Below, piece by piece: positions 12,660 through 25,945 of a stretch of DNA of 64,000 bases (its first letter is position 1; each line of letters begins with the position of its first letter). Below the pieces are notes generated by a model. It worked only from the letters and a program-made list of their open reading frames with translations, did not search any database and was not told the DNA's origin. Made by a program: the position numbers and the translations under genes. The stretch comes from Octopus sinensis. Its lineage: Eukaryota. The stretch is from contig NC_043000.1 of the NCBI RefSeq assembly GCF_006345805.1, positions 103,354,001 to 103,418,000 on the forward strand, in the 5' to 3' direction.

Positions 12660-13070
12660 CACAAAGCTAGCAATTTTGACGTGAGGGCGATTACATCAAT
12701 CTCCGTATTTGACTGGTATTTTATTTTATCGGCTACAAAAGGAGGAAAGGCAAAGTTGTTCTCAGCTGGATTTTCGAACTAAGAACGTAAAGAGCAGAAA
12801 GACATACCGCTAAGCATTTTGATCGATGTGCAAATGATTCTCCCAGCCCTCCGCCTTAGAGGGTCAAATGATCCTTTCTATATTAAGCACAACGCCTGGA
12901 ATATTAGGAGGGGCAAATCGTTTATATTGGCTCCAATGATCAACTGGTAATTATTTCATGGAGTCCGAAAGTCTCAGCAGAATTTTAACTCAGAACGCAA
13001 AGACGGACGAAATATCGCTAAGCATTTTGTCCGGCATGCCAGAAATTCTACCAGCTCACCTCTTTGAAAG
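12660..13070 (-). mobile_element. Two tandem diverged SINE family B copies
   Basis: Each carries the reverse B-box region (gaact-agaacg) and the gctaagcatttt block. Confidence 0.6.
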
Positions 13071-13519
13071 GTTAAATAATAAAGCAAAACTAGGCTTAAC
13101 TCATTACTACAGTTTAACGAAACATTTGTCATTACTACCTGCAGTAATATCTCAACGGTGAATTATTGTGCGGTATTAACTGAACAGTAAAAAAAATTTA
13201 ATCTCTTTGTCACGAAGCTGTGCAGTGCTGGCAAACTGAGACAAGCAATAAGAGTTTTAGTTTATTTTTTGATACTCTATCCGCCTATCTGTTACTCCAA
13301 ACCAAGACGCTACATGTCTATACGTGCTACAAAATTTCCGTGTCTAGGTGCACCGTATTGCAATCGGAGTATTCTTCTGTTATCAGATGTATTCCATCTT
13401 ACATAGCCCTGCTTGGTCCTACCGACTGTAGCAAAATATAGAAATGTGATGAAACTGTGCCTTTTTAATGAGGTTGTGAGTAGCCAAATAATATACGATA
13501 AACACGTCTTCTATTTTTG

Positions 13520-13920
13520 TTTTATTTGTCATTGGACTGTAGCCATGCTGGAGCGCTACCTTCAGAATTTTAGTCGAGTTGATCGATCCCAGTACGTGTC
13601 TTTTTAAGTCTGGCACTTATTTCTATCCGTCTCTTTTGCTGAACAGCAAGGTTACGGGGATGTAAGCAAACCAACACCAGTTGTTAAGCAGAGATGGAGT
13701 AAACACAACACACATACACACATGTGTATGTACATATATACATATGTGTGTGAGGGTGTGTGTGTGTGTGTGCGTGTGTGCGTGTGTGGTATATGTGTTT
13801 CCACACAGTTTCCCTTTACCAAATTCATTCACATGACATTGGTGGTCGGCATGTGATTATATAGTACACTTGCAAAAGGTGCTGCACAGTGGGACTGAAC
13901 TCGAAACCACGCGGTTGCAA
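13520..13920 (-). mobile_element. SINE family A, near full length, diverged
   Basis: Tail, internal (CA)/(TG) tract and head all recognisable on the minus strand. Confidence 0.75.
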
Positions 13921-14091
13921 CAAAGTGGTATCTGTTAAAGTTACCCAAGGACCTGGTAGCGATGTAAAACTGGCGGATTAAGTCTCCTACCCGATAACCC
14001 AATACACAAAAGCCATAACAATTACTGCAAAATATGGTTGTTTGCTTTAATGTGGTTATTCTAACGGTGGTGTATAAGATACTTGTGATAA

Positions 14092-14305
14092 TATTGGTTT
14101 TAAATTTTGGCGCAAAGCCCGCAATTTCGGGGATAAGTCGATTACGTCGATCCCAGTGTTCAACTGGTACTTATTTTATCGAGCCCGAAAGTATGAAAGG
14201 AAAAGTCGGACCTCGACGGAATTTGAACTCAGAATGTAAAGACAGACGAAATGCCCCTAAGTATTTTGCCCGACGTGCTAATGATTCTGACAGATCGACG
14301 CCTTA
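14092..14305 (-). mobile_element. SINE family B (tRNA-derived, Meta-domain-like core)
   Basis: caactggtacttattttatcgagcccgaaag...cggaatttgaactcagaa...gtgctaatgattctg. Confidence 0.8.
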
Positions 14306-14646
14306 AAATATTTCTGATATATCTCTTTGTCATTTAGTGGGAAAATGTATATATAGATTTGTATATTAGTGTAATTGTAAAATGTGGCTTTTATCTTGCT
14401 AGTCTTTCTGACTACCTATTGATTCTACAAGTTTTTACACAGGCCATGAATACTGATATTTAGATTAATATCGAATTCATTTTCTCGTTAATCATTATTT
14501 TCCTATGATCTCTGATCAAGAATATTTAAAATTAAATACTCTCTAGGTATAAACCATCGCATTTCTTTGGAATTTGTGACCACAGCAACCGAATCAATTA
14601 TAAAGCTGTCCTGCGAAACCCATGGACGCATGCCCTTATTCTAAAA

Positions 14647-14897
14647 TAGTGGTTCTCAACTGGGGTCCATATTGGGGGTCTATATAAGATTTTTTTTTGT
14701 AAAATTTTATGTGCGATAAACTGGTTATATTTCTACAATACACAAAATATTTAAACACTTTTTTAGTACTATTCCTAATACTTAATCATTGAATTATAAC
14801 AAAAGCTTCTAGACATCAAACGGCTGTGAGGGACCGCCTCTCTGAGTAAAAGAGGACTCAGAGTGGTCCATAGGCAAAAATTGGTTGAAAACAACTG
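14647..14897. mobile_element. hAT (Charlie-like) MITE
   Basis: Termini (t)agtggttctcaac ... gttgaaaacaactg. The 8-bp flanks ttctaaaa / ctctagaa resemble the NTCTAGAN Charlie target. Confidence 0.75.
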
Positions 14898-15130
14898 CTC
14901 TAGAACCAGCATTTCAGAAATAAACATAGACCAGTGTGTCTTGCCTTTTTAAGATGATAGGTTGTGATTTGAGGGAAATATTGTTGCTTCTTCTAAAAGG
15001 TCGAACGGTAGTTTAAGGAGTTGTCTTATTACCTTGGTCATTTGATTTGGCAAAGAAACTACTTTCAGCTTCTACTATCAAAAGTTACCTTTCAACTTAT
15101 ATTGCATACATACATACATACATACATACA

Positions 15131-15162
<32 letters not shown>

Positions 15163-15369
15163 AGATGGTGCCGTCAACATCAGACGTTCAAATGTATAGG
15201 GCCGTTTAAAATAAATTTTTGAACCTTCCTTTCTACATCTATGACGACTCCCCCAGCCTAAATCAGCAACAGGTTTATTTCTCCCTTTATATATATAAGA
15301 AAAAACACCTTTTACCTACGAACGTAGTGTTATTCAGACCAGATTTTAAAGATTTACCTGATACCATGT

Positions 15370-16745
15370 GGAATTTCGCTGATACGATTATGGCTGAAAC
15401 TAACAACACTACCATCGACGAAAACAGCACTACAGTACCAGTAAGCTATCAAAGATGTAAGTACTCCTCTCATGTTACTTGAACTTTACATGTAAACAAA
15501 AATTTACTTCGATGTTATGAAAATGCCCGTGAAGACTCTTCTGTCGGATACATGGAGCGGTTAAAAAATACCGGGACGAATCTTACCCCAATTCAAGCAT
15601 CTTTATTGCGAAACAATGTCGACAACAACCATCTTTTATTAAGAGAAAAATTACTTGCTTTCGTAATACAAATCGATCTTCTCAAAGCACTGAGAATTGG
15701 CCAAAACTTGCCAAAAGAGAGATCGAAATAATGTAAACAAACCGCTGCCATCATTAAATTCGCGTGTCTCTCCAAATATAGCTGAGTCAACAGAGACAAT
15801 TGTAGAACATGTTCAACTAAGAAATAGCCTGAAACCACTGTTCATAGAAAACTTTTCTACTTTCTCAAAACTATAGTTAAGTAACAGACCGTTCTTAACA
15901 CGATTAAAAAAGAATCCAACAGTTCTAATGTTGAAAGTTACCGACGGTGTCGCTGGAGAGCACATAGAATCACGTGATATTAATTACTGGAGTATTAATA
16001 CCCTCGTATACACAGCTGCTATAACTCTTAAAGAACACCTTGGAAAAATCTGCAGTATACATGATAATGAAAGTATTAAACCGAAGCAACCTGGATTGAA
16101 AACAAAATTTGAAGAAAACATCAGCAATCTATGCCGCCATATTGAATGGTTAACAACGATGATAAAATGTAAGCGGGACAATGAGTTTACACCTCATCAG
16201 TCACATCTTATAAACAAATTAAGAAAATTGTATGATGACCATTCACAACAAGCTCTTGAGGAGAGGTTAATAACTCTAAAACACGAACATTTTCATCAAA
16301 ACATGTGTGAAGTGTAAACATAACAGGCCGGATATTGTTGCTTGGGACAAAAAAAATAAGTATGTACCGTTATAGATCAGCTGTCCAGCTGATGTGAATG
16401 CCTCTTTGAGAATCAAAGAGAAAGAAGATAACTATGGACATCTGCTTCGAAACCTCCAGTTTCTATATCTGGATTGCAAATTCCCATTTATACCAACAAT
16501 AATTGGTATTTTGTAAATAAATCCCTGTCAGTCTGGATAAGCTTGGATTTTCAGAAATAGAAATTAACCAACGGATTCGTACGTTACAAACTCAATCTGT
16601 AAGCAGAACAGTAAAAGTATACAAGACTTTTCTCAGGTTTAACGTGTAACATTGTTTTCGTTATCTACATTCCAAAGATGGAGATTTTTTGTCTCTGTTT
16701 GAAACCAGCTCCTTCTTCAGAGGAAGAATTTAAATGATGAAATAT
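15370..16745 (+). mobile_element. R4/Dong-type (restriction-like endonuclease) non-LTR retrotransposon remnant lacking the RT domain
   Basis: N-terminal region CYENAREDSSVGYMERLKN and WSINTLVYTAAITLKE...KPKQPGLKTKFEENI. It is joined directly to the RLE domain NRPDIVAWDK...SCPADVN...KEKEDNYGHLLRNLQ...FIPTIIG...LQTQSVSRTVKVYKTFLRF (about 16320-16650). Confidence 0.8.
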
Positions 16746-16751
16746 AGAACA

Positions 16752-16792
<41 letters not shown>

Positions 16793-16918
16793 TACACATA
16801 CTCATACACACACAGACACACACACACACTCATACACACACATACATACATACACACTCACACATATACATACATACACACACACTCACACGCACACATA
16901 AATACATACAAACACACA

Positions 16919-16953
<35 letters not shown>

Positions 16954-17112
16954 GTACAGAGGATCTTCAGTAAGATATAGAGCACAAACAAGATACAGAC
17001 TATGAACATACTGGCATAATTCCAGTTCTGCAATATTGATTTCTATCGATGGAATGCTTAGAATTCCGTCATCCAGAAAGAAAACAGCAAAACAAAAAAA
17101 AAAACAATACAA

Positions 17113-17220
<108 letters not shown>

Positions 17221-17394
17221 AGAGGAATAAAGGGGAAATGGCACTTGGTGACCTGATTATTGTGTACGATAACAAATCTTTTGACTCAAGCTGTTTAACT
17301 TGAAACTTCCGTTAGAAGACCAAATGTGCTAAAATATCAAAACAATCCGACCCGCCTCCCCACACATACACATATTAACGCACATAGATATATT

Positions 17395-17513
17395 CATATA
17401 TTATTCATATATATATATATAAATATAATTATTTACATATATATATATATACATATATACATGCATACATACATACATACATATATATATACATATATGC
17501 ATACATAAATACT

Positions 17514-17594
<81 letters not shown>

Positions 17595-17769
17595 GATAGA
17601 TAGATAAAGCTTTATGTACATATATATATGCAGATATACTCGTGTAAAAAATGTATATGTATATATATATATATACATATACATATACATTATATATATA
17701 TATATATATATAATTATTCACACACATATATATGCATACATACATACATGCATACATACATACATACTT

Positions 17770-17802
<33 letters not shown>

Positions 17803-17950
17803 AAGAAAGCTTTATGTACATATATATGCATACATACTCGTGTAAAAAATGTATATGTATATATATATATATATTATATATAATTATTCACACACATATA
17901 TATGCATACATACATACATATATATATACATATATGCATACATAAATACT

Positions 17951-17981
<31 letters not shown>

Positions 17982-18029
17982 AGAAAGCTTTATGTACATA
18001 TATATGCATACATACTCGTGTAAAAAATG

Positions 18030-18084
<55 letters not shown>

Positions 18085-18085
18085 C
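17395..18085. repeat. Higher-order repeat of compound microsatellites (units of about 180-200 bp)
   Basis: The unique anchor gctttatgtacatatatat...actcgtgtaaaaaatg occurs at 17609, 17809 and 17987. Confidence 0.9.
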
Positions 18086-18235
18086 TCTCTCACACACATA
18101 CATATGTTTGTTCGTTTAAAACAGTATTGATAAAAGAAATATGAACAGCAAAATTAATGAAACTATAGAAAGCAATGAGATATGAAAATCTCTACTGATT
18201 GTGACGTCGATGATTCCACCACTATCAATGGAGTT

Positions 18236-18589
18236 GTGCCACCACCACCACCACCACCACCACTGCCGCCGCCGCCGTTACCGCCACTGCCACCACCACC
18301 GTTCACACCACCCTAGCCATTATCGCTATCACCATGAAGGCCATTACCTCACCACGGCTGCCGTCATCGTAACATCTCTCACAATCTTCAGTGTCACCAC
18401 TACTATCATGACCACCACCAAAGCAACAATAAACCAGCATCACCATCACCACCATCACCACCACCACCACCATCACCATCACGACCACTACCACCTCCAC
18501 CATCATCAACACCAATACTACCATCTATCACTACACTACCTTTTCCCACATTTATGGATTGCAGATAATGATGATGGTGATGATGATGG

Positions 18590-18633
<44 letters not shown>

Positions 18634-18636
18634 TTG

Positions 18637-18668
<32 letters not shown>

Positions 18669-18672
18669 TTGT

Positions 18673-18731
<59 letters not shown>

Positions 18732-18775
18732 GATGATGGTGATGATTGATGATGATGATAATGATTGATGAAGGT
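18236..18775. repeat. (CAC/CAT)n tract followed by a (GAT)n tract
   Basis: Read directly from the sequence. It explains the poly-His/Asp/Met ORF 18201-18749. Confidence 0.95.
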
Positions 18776-19299
18776 GGTGGTGCGAATGATTTAAATATTA
18801 ATAGTTGCTACTCCTGCTGATGACGAACTTGTGGACTATTAAAAAAAAGTAACTTTTTTTTTATTTATAAATTTATTTATTTATTATTATTTATTTCTTT
18901 GTCTCAAAATAATCTTCGATAAAATTGATGGAAAATATTTGATATTGATCACAGAATAGGGTGTCAAATATATATGATGCTATAGTTGTGGAATAATGTG
19001 TAAGCAAGCGTACACGAATTTGTGGGTAATTAGGAGTAGGCGTATGTTTGTGTCTGAGTTTGTGTGTGTGTGCTTGTGTGTGTGTCTGTCTGAGGTTGTG
19101 TGTGTGTCTGAGTGTGTGTGTGTGTGTGTCTGTCTGAGGTTGTGTGTGTGTCTGAGGTTGTGTGTGTGTCTGAGTGTGTGTATGTGTGTCTGAGGTTGTA
19201 TGTGTGTGTGCGTTTTGTTTGTGTGTGTACCCACTCTATTTCCTTCTTCTGCTTCTGTTTCTATATACATTATATAGATATAGTCTTTAACCTTGTTCC

Positions 19300-19686
19300 A
19301 ACCATTGAACTGCGGCTATGCTGGAGTACCGCCTGAAAATGTTTAGTCGAACGAATCGAGCTCAGTATATAATCTTGTTTGTTTTTTTTAAGTTTGGTAC
19401 TTGTAGTATCCGTCTCTTTCAAAAAATGCTGAGTTGCGGGAACGTAAACAGATCAACACCGGTTCTCAAACGATAGTGTACAAACACACAAACTTTCGCG
19501 CATGCATACTCTCATACATTCATAGAAAGCTATACGGCGAGCTTCCACAGCTTCCGTCTACCAAATTCACTCACAAGGCATTCGTCAATCCGTGGCAAGA
19601 CTAGAAAGACGCTTGCCCACGTTGCCACAGGAATGGACTAAACCCGTAACCACGTGATTGCGAAGCTAATATAGTCATACCTGCTC
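19300..19686 (-). mobile_element. SINE family A, older copy
   Basis: ctatgctggagtaccgcc...cttccgtctaccaaattcactcacaagg. Confidence 0.7.
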
Positions 19687-19694
19687 CTATATAT

Positions 19695-20049
19695 ATTACT
19701 CTTTTACTCGTTTCAGTCATTCGACTGCGGCCATGCTGGAGCACCGCCTTTAGTCGAGCAAATCGTCCCCAGGACATATTCTTTGTAAATGTAGTACTTA
19801 TTCTATCGGCCTATTTTGCCGAACCGCTAAGTTACGGGGACGTAAACACACCAGCATCGGTTGTCAAGCGATGTTGGGAGGGACAAGCACAGATGCACAA
19901 ACACACACACACATATATACATATATACGACGGGCTTCTTTCAGCTTCCGTCTACCAAATCCACTCACAAGGCTTTGGTCGGCCCGAGACTATAGTAGAA
20001 GACACTTGCCCAAGGTGCCACGCAGTGGGACTGAATCCGGAACCATGTT
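19695..20049 (-). mobile_element. SINE family A, young copy with slightly clipped head
   Basis: Close to consensus, with a short internal (CA)(TA) tract. Abuts the Penelope remnant. Confidence 0.9.
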
Positions 20050-20054
20050 TATGA

Positions 20055-20960
20055 ATTTGTGTTAAGCGGAATGGGAGCATATACGGTGACGGAAAGTGTC
20101 ACTGAAGAGGTCACAGATATGTAACGAAAGATTTCCGGAAGCTATAAAACTGAGATTTAAGGCAGTAATTAGCGTATTTTGTGAGGTGAAATGGTCAGTG
20201 ATATGAAAGCGACAATAGTTGAGACCAAGAAGAATAGTAGTTCTGGATGTAAAGGCATGTAACACACCTGGTTTGGGAGCAGGAAAAAGCTCCGAGTTGG
20301 ATGTTAGGAAAGTTAGAAGAGCTGCGAACAAATAGGTCACACAAATTACAGGTCTGTTTTTATTAGGAAGGGATCTTTTCATGAAATACAGAGTACATGA
20401 CAGAGTCTACGTGGAGTAGGCGGAAAATGCGTAAGGTAGACCGTTGAGGAGACAAGATATGCGCGTAGAAGAGATGTAAGGTTAAACGGTCAAAGGTGTG
20501 CGTGCAGATATGCGATTAAAGTTATGGATGTGGATACAGGTATTATTGACAATGGTCTGGGGGTAACCTCGACGATTGAATTGGAAAGCCATCAGGTGGG
20601 GACTGGGTTTTAAAATCATGATTCTAGCTTGAGAGGCAGCGAAAGTGTACGAATTGTGAGTAGGAGATGCAGGATTGAAGTGGTTGGGGTGGAAAGAGAT
20701 GAAGTCGAATTAAGAGAAGGAATCGGAAGTCGGTTGATGTAATAAAAAATAGATGTGGGGTGGGAGAGGTTTGGACAATCAATGGTGATAGGGATGTCGA
20801 AGGAATTGACAGAGGAAGAGAATATGGTAGAAGTGAACTTAAGGGCTGGCTAGAAGGAATCGATGAAGTTGATTAAGGTGGTCAGTTGAACGTGGGTAAA
20901 AGAGTTGGCCTCGATGCAATTATCGATGCACCTACTAGACATATCAGGAGTGGAATCAAT
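20055..20960 (-). mobile_element. Penelope-like element remnant (RT C-terminal part to GIY-YIG region)
   Basis: The minus strand gives CIDNCIEA (RYIDD-like), ALKFTST, TSIF, SYSQFVHFRCLS (PYSQFLRLRRIC-like) and a degenerate endonuclease region. Many stops and frameshifts. Confidence 0.75.
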
Positions 20961-21133
20961 AAGCAACCAATGATTTAAGACTCAACATTATATACAAGAA
21001 GGTTACATGACCCATAAGGTCAAATGGCCACACCGACGATCTACTGGTAGAATTCTTCATAGAAAAACAAAGGGCAAGCCCGGCAAAACAGTGTGATGGT
21101 CTAAAAACACGAGATTATCACCATGTGGTTTAA

Positions 21134-21172
<39 letters not shown>

Positions 21173-21399
21173 TATGTACACATGTGTGAGTCTGTCGTTT
21201 GTTTGCGTATGCCCATCTGAACTCATTTTCACTGATATATTAACTTACTCCTATTTTCTTTCTTTGTCTTTTCTTTTTTATTCTCCATGTCCATTCTCTA
21301 CTCACCACTTTTCTCCTCCTCTCCTTCTCTCTCCTCTCTTTCTCCTCTCTTTTTCTCTCTCTCATTACTTACAGTTACTTACTGTCTGCGACTTCAGAA

Positions 21400-22110
21400 T
21401 TTACCATGACCACCAGTAATACGACCGCTAACACTAACTCTACCATGACCATCGTGAAATGTTGAATACTATCGGTACCACCAATGCCGCTAGCACAGCA
21501 ACCATCACCATCATACCAACACCAACATTAGCAGCAGCAACATCATCATTACTACCACTACAGCCATCACCACCATTACCACCATTACTACCAGCACTCC
21601 AGCACTACTACCACCATCACTATCATCATCACGGCAATCCTAACAGCCATCATTACCACCATCACTAGTGCCAACCTTACTTCTGTCACCTCCATCAACG
21701 CTATTACCACCACCACCACCACCACCACCACAACTACTACCAGTACCACCGTCAACACATCTATCACTATAAAAGAAGCACCACATCAACGCCACCTACA
21801 TACCCTCATCTACGCCATTATCACCACCCCATACCAACATTATCACTACCCCAACCATCACTACAACAGCAGCAACGACGACGATGTTCGCCGCCATCAC
21901 CACGACATCTATTCCACTGCTATCACTATCATCACCACCAGCACCATGACCATTAAATTTAATTGTAGTTGTCTTCTTCTTCTTCTTCTTTCTTCTTCTT
22001 CTTCTTCTTCTTCTTCTTCTTCTTCTTCTTCTTCTTCTTCTCCTTCTTCTTCTTCTTCTTCCTCTTTCTTCTTCTCCTCCTCCTCCTCCTTCTGCTCCTC
22101 CTCCTCTTTC
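21400..22110. repeat. Degenerate (CAC/CAT/CTA)n tract followed by (TCT)n
   Basis: Read directly from the sequence. Confidence 0.9.
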
Positions 22111-22513
22111 GTCTTCGTTTTCTTTTCACTAACAAAATAAACCAAGTGTCGCCAGTAGTCTGACAAAGGTCTAAATTAGGAAACAATTGATTCCATTGTG
22201 AGAAGCAGGCAAGATGAGAGACAGACAGACAGAGAGAAAGAGAGACAGACAGAGGCAGAGAGAAAGAGAAAGAGAAAGGGGCACACAGAGAGAAAGAGAG
22301 AGAGAGAGAGAGTATTTGGGACTCTTTAAAACTTCTTATGATGACCACTGTTGATACGATTTTTACTGTCACTGTTTTAATGGCTGCTCAGGGTTTTTTT
22401 AAATTATTAGTTCTCTAGTTGTTTAATCAATATTAAAATTATTGTTATTATTAATCCCTCCCATTAAATTTCAGGCCTCGTGTCCATGATAGAAACAATG
22501 ATTATTATTCAGC

Positions 22514-22612
22514 ACAGGGATTCTCAACGAGAGTCCATACTAATTGCGGGAGTCCATACGAATGAATTGCTTATATTTCTACACAATACACGAAATATTT
22601 TTTTTAATTTCT
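22514..22612. mobile_element. Left end of the same hAT MITE family, truncated at a SINE
   Basis: cagggattctcaac...gtccata...ttatatttctac-aatacac-aaatattt, shared with 14647-14760. Confidence 0.55.
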
Positions 22613-22617
22613 TTTTA

Positions 22618-22789
22618 TAGAAGTAGTTGTGTGGTAAGAAGCTTGCTTCCCATCCGCATGGTTCTTGGTTCAGTCCCATTGCGTGGGACCTTGGGCAAGT
22701 GTCTTCTACTATAGCTTCGGGTCGACCAAAGCTTTATGATTGGATTTGGTTGACGGAAACTGAAAGAAGCCCGTCGTATATATATGTGT

Positions 22790-22825
<36 letters not shown>

Positions 22826-22992
22826 TGTGATGTGTGTCGTCTGTGTGTCTGTGTTTTCTCCACCACCGCTCGACAGCCGGTACTGGTATGTTTACGTCCC
22901 CCGTAACTTAGCGGTTCGGCAAAAGAGACCGGCAGTGGTGCCCCAGCATCGCTGCAGTTTAATAGCTGAATCAAGTAAAAGAATAAAAGAAT
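22618..22992 (+). mobile_element. SINE family A, near full length
   Basis: tgtgtggtaag (A-box region), ggttcagtccc (B-box region), ccttgggcaag CORE-like block, (TG)n and a (aagaata)n tail. Confidence 0.85.
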
Positions 22993-23122
22993 AATAATAC
23001 CAAATAATATTTAACTATAAAAATATAATCAAAGACCTTTAAGCATTGAATAACTATGAGGGTCCACCCATGTAAAATAGGAATCAAGAGGCAAAAAAAT
23101 AAATCGTTGAGTACCACTGAAT

Positions 23123-24075
23123 TAGCTGGTCAAAGGTGGCAAGGTAGCAGAAGCGTTAGAGCATCGGACAAAATGTTTAGCGGTATTTTACGTCCCAGCT
23201 TCAAAGCCCGCCGAGATCACGTTTCTCTTTCATCCTATTAGGATCAAGTACTGAACTCGATGTAATCAACTGCCTCCGACCCACTAAAAGAGAAATTTCA
23301 TACCTTGTGCCTGGCTTTGAGGTCGATGTAATCGACTAGCCACCTTCCACACAATATCAGACGTTGTGCTTAAAGTAAGAAGAAAAAAAATTGTACTTCT
23401 AAAACATTCATATTCCATATTATAAAGTCGAAAGGCGGCGAGCTGGCAGATTCGTTAGCACACCGGGCGAAATACTCAGCGGTATTTCGTCTGCCGCTAT
23501 GTTCTGAGTTCAAATTCCGACGAGGTCGACTTTGCCTTTCATCCTTTCGGGGTCGATTAAATAAGTACCAGTTACGCACTGGCGTCGATATAATCGACTT
23601 GATCCGTTTGTCTGTCCTTGTTTGTCCTTTCTGTATTTAGCTCCTTGTGGGTAGTAAAGAAATAAGTATTTCGTTGGCCGTTACGTTCTGAGTTCAAATT
23701 CCGCCGAGGTCGACTTTGCCTTTCATCCTTGAGGGTAGTAAAGAAATATATATTATAAAGGCGACAAGCTAGCAGATTCGTTAGCAAGTCGGATAAAATG
23801 TTTAGTGACATTTATTCCGGTTTTACGTTCTGAGTTAAAATTCTTTGCCTTTCATCCTTCGATGTCGATAAAATAAGAGCCAGTTGAGAACTGGGGTCGA
23901 TGTAAACAAATAGCTTTGTGCCTCTTGAAGAAGGAATTACTATAAATGTGATAGATTGGCAGAAGCGTTGCAACGTCGAACAAATTTAGCTTGTGGGATT
24001 AGTTTTGGTACTAAACGTTCTGAATTTAAATTCCGCCGAGGTCAAGTTTGCATTCCATCACTTCAAGGTCGACAA
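23123..24075 (+). mobile_element. Cluster of SINE family B copies, including a dimer at 23434-23748
   Basis: Repeated agctggcaga...gttagc (A box), gagttcaaattcc (B box) and gactttgcctttcatcctt core. Confidence 0.85.
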
Positions 24076-24214
24076 GTATAGCGTGGAAATTGCTGCTACC
24101 TTTCCTCTCTTTCTGAATCAGCTACGTGAAGTGGTCAAGAGAAAAAAGGCATTCATCTGTCGTTCTGGAGACACAAGAAAGAAGAATTATCATTTGCCAT
24201 TTTTAATTATTTCA

Positions 24215-24575
24215 ATCAATGGACTGAGGTCATACTAGGGCATCGTATTGGAAGGTTTAATCAAACAAATTGATCCCAGTACTTTTTTAACTTTTTAAAG
24301 TTTGGTATTTATTCTATCGGCCTTTTTTGTAGAACTGCTAGGTTACGAGGATGTAAACAAACAGTATTTGTCAAACAGTTGGAGGCTCAAACACACACAC
24401 ACACACACACACACGTATATATACATGGGAAATCCTCTCATCCACCATGGTAATGCAGACTACAAGCGCACTCGGTCCGGGACATTAGTGTAGAAGACAC
24501 TTGCCCAAGGTACCACGTTGTAGGACTAAACTCGAAAACCACGTCTTCGCAAAAGTGAGCTCCCTAAACACACAG
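24215..24575 (-). mobile_element. SINE family A, diverged
   Basis: Tail, (CA)n and head (gaagacacttgcccaaggtaccacg). Confidence 0.65.
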
Positions 24576-25229
24576 ATCTTGTGCAGACAGATAAACGACT
24601 CTATTTTTCTAATTTTTTTTTTCTAATTTTTTTCTCTCATTCTGAATCATGCTTGCTTTCATATAGACTTACTCTCTGTTCTGTTCGCAAAATACTAACC
24701 AAGAGATGTTTTCTACATTTTCTGTCAGTAATATTTACATTTCAGATTTTTTAAAAAAGTTTATCTTTAATTAAACCTTTGTTACTAAGTAAATTTCACT
24801 TTTAGTTCTTACAGTATTTTGTTTTCTTACACACTCGCACGCATACACGTTCAAGCACACACATACATATGTAAATGTATAATTTTTTTTTCTTTTCATC
24901 TTTCCTTACATTAATCAAAATAACTTGCTTGATTCTAATTATATTTGTAGAACCAGTGTGGTTTATTTGTAATATTTCACGATTTGTATCATGTACACCA
25001 CCTCATGTGCGATTACACACACACACACACACACACACAAACATACGTATATATAGAGAGATACAGAGACAGAGAAAGAGGCAATTATGCAGATAAACAA
25101 ATTAGATACATTACATATATTAGTTTGGGCGTGAAATACAAAATATGTATATATGCAAAACGGGAAAAAAGCAAAAGATGGAGACTTTCAGATTATGAAT
25201 ATTTAAGTATAAATATATAGATATTTATA

Positions 25230-25945
25230 TTGATAGGTCCAACTTACACTGAGTACAAACTACAAAGAAAATTAAAGGGTTGGAAGAAAGGTGTTATAAT
25301 CCAACAGCTTTTGCTGGGTCTCGGTGATCCATAATAATGTTGGTAGATTAAATTCATTACAATATGTGGCTGTATGGATGCAATTAACATTGGATAAGAA
25401 GAGATGATCTTACATTTCAGATCTTAATGCAGAGAAGTTCAAAGATGGGGTGATTAAATGTGGAGAGCTAGGGGCAGTGGTGTTATAGGGGGTATTAAGA
25501 CAGGGAATGCTGAGAAAAGAAAAGATAGTTCAAGAAGAGTGAGGGGTTAATAACAAAGGTATTAAGGGAGGTAGTATCAGAGGTAGCGAGATGGAAGATG
25601 AATAGGAGGGTAGGGTGCATAGTATTTGAATGGTAGTCAGTTGTGTTGGGTTTGTTAAAGTTTAGGGATAATAGATATAAAATTATTGAAAGTTGAGATA
25701 GTGAGAAAAGGAATGGCAATTGTTTATGGGAAGTAAAGTGCCTAGTTCAATGGCAGAGGGATATTTCTGATGTATGTAGAAAGGTATGACAGAAGATAGA
25801 AAGTTGGACAGAGTGAAGGGCGAGTTTGGTGGTCAAGATAGCAGTGGTTAGCGGAATAATGAACGTGAGTTGATATTGGAGAGGAAATACTGAGGTATGA
25901 AGACCTGTTTGAAATTGAATATTAGAAATTTCCATTACCTTTTGA
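25230..25945 (-). mobile_element. Older Penelope-like element remnant
   Basis: The minus strand gives GLHTSVF, HCYLDH and SNVNCI...WITET, resembling the Penelope thumb and GIY-YIG motifs. Its purine-rich + strand composition is like that of 20.0-21.0 kb. Confidence 0.5.
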
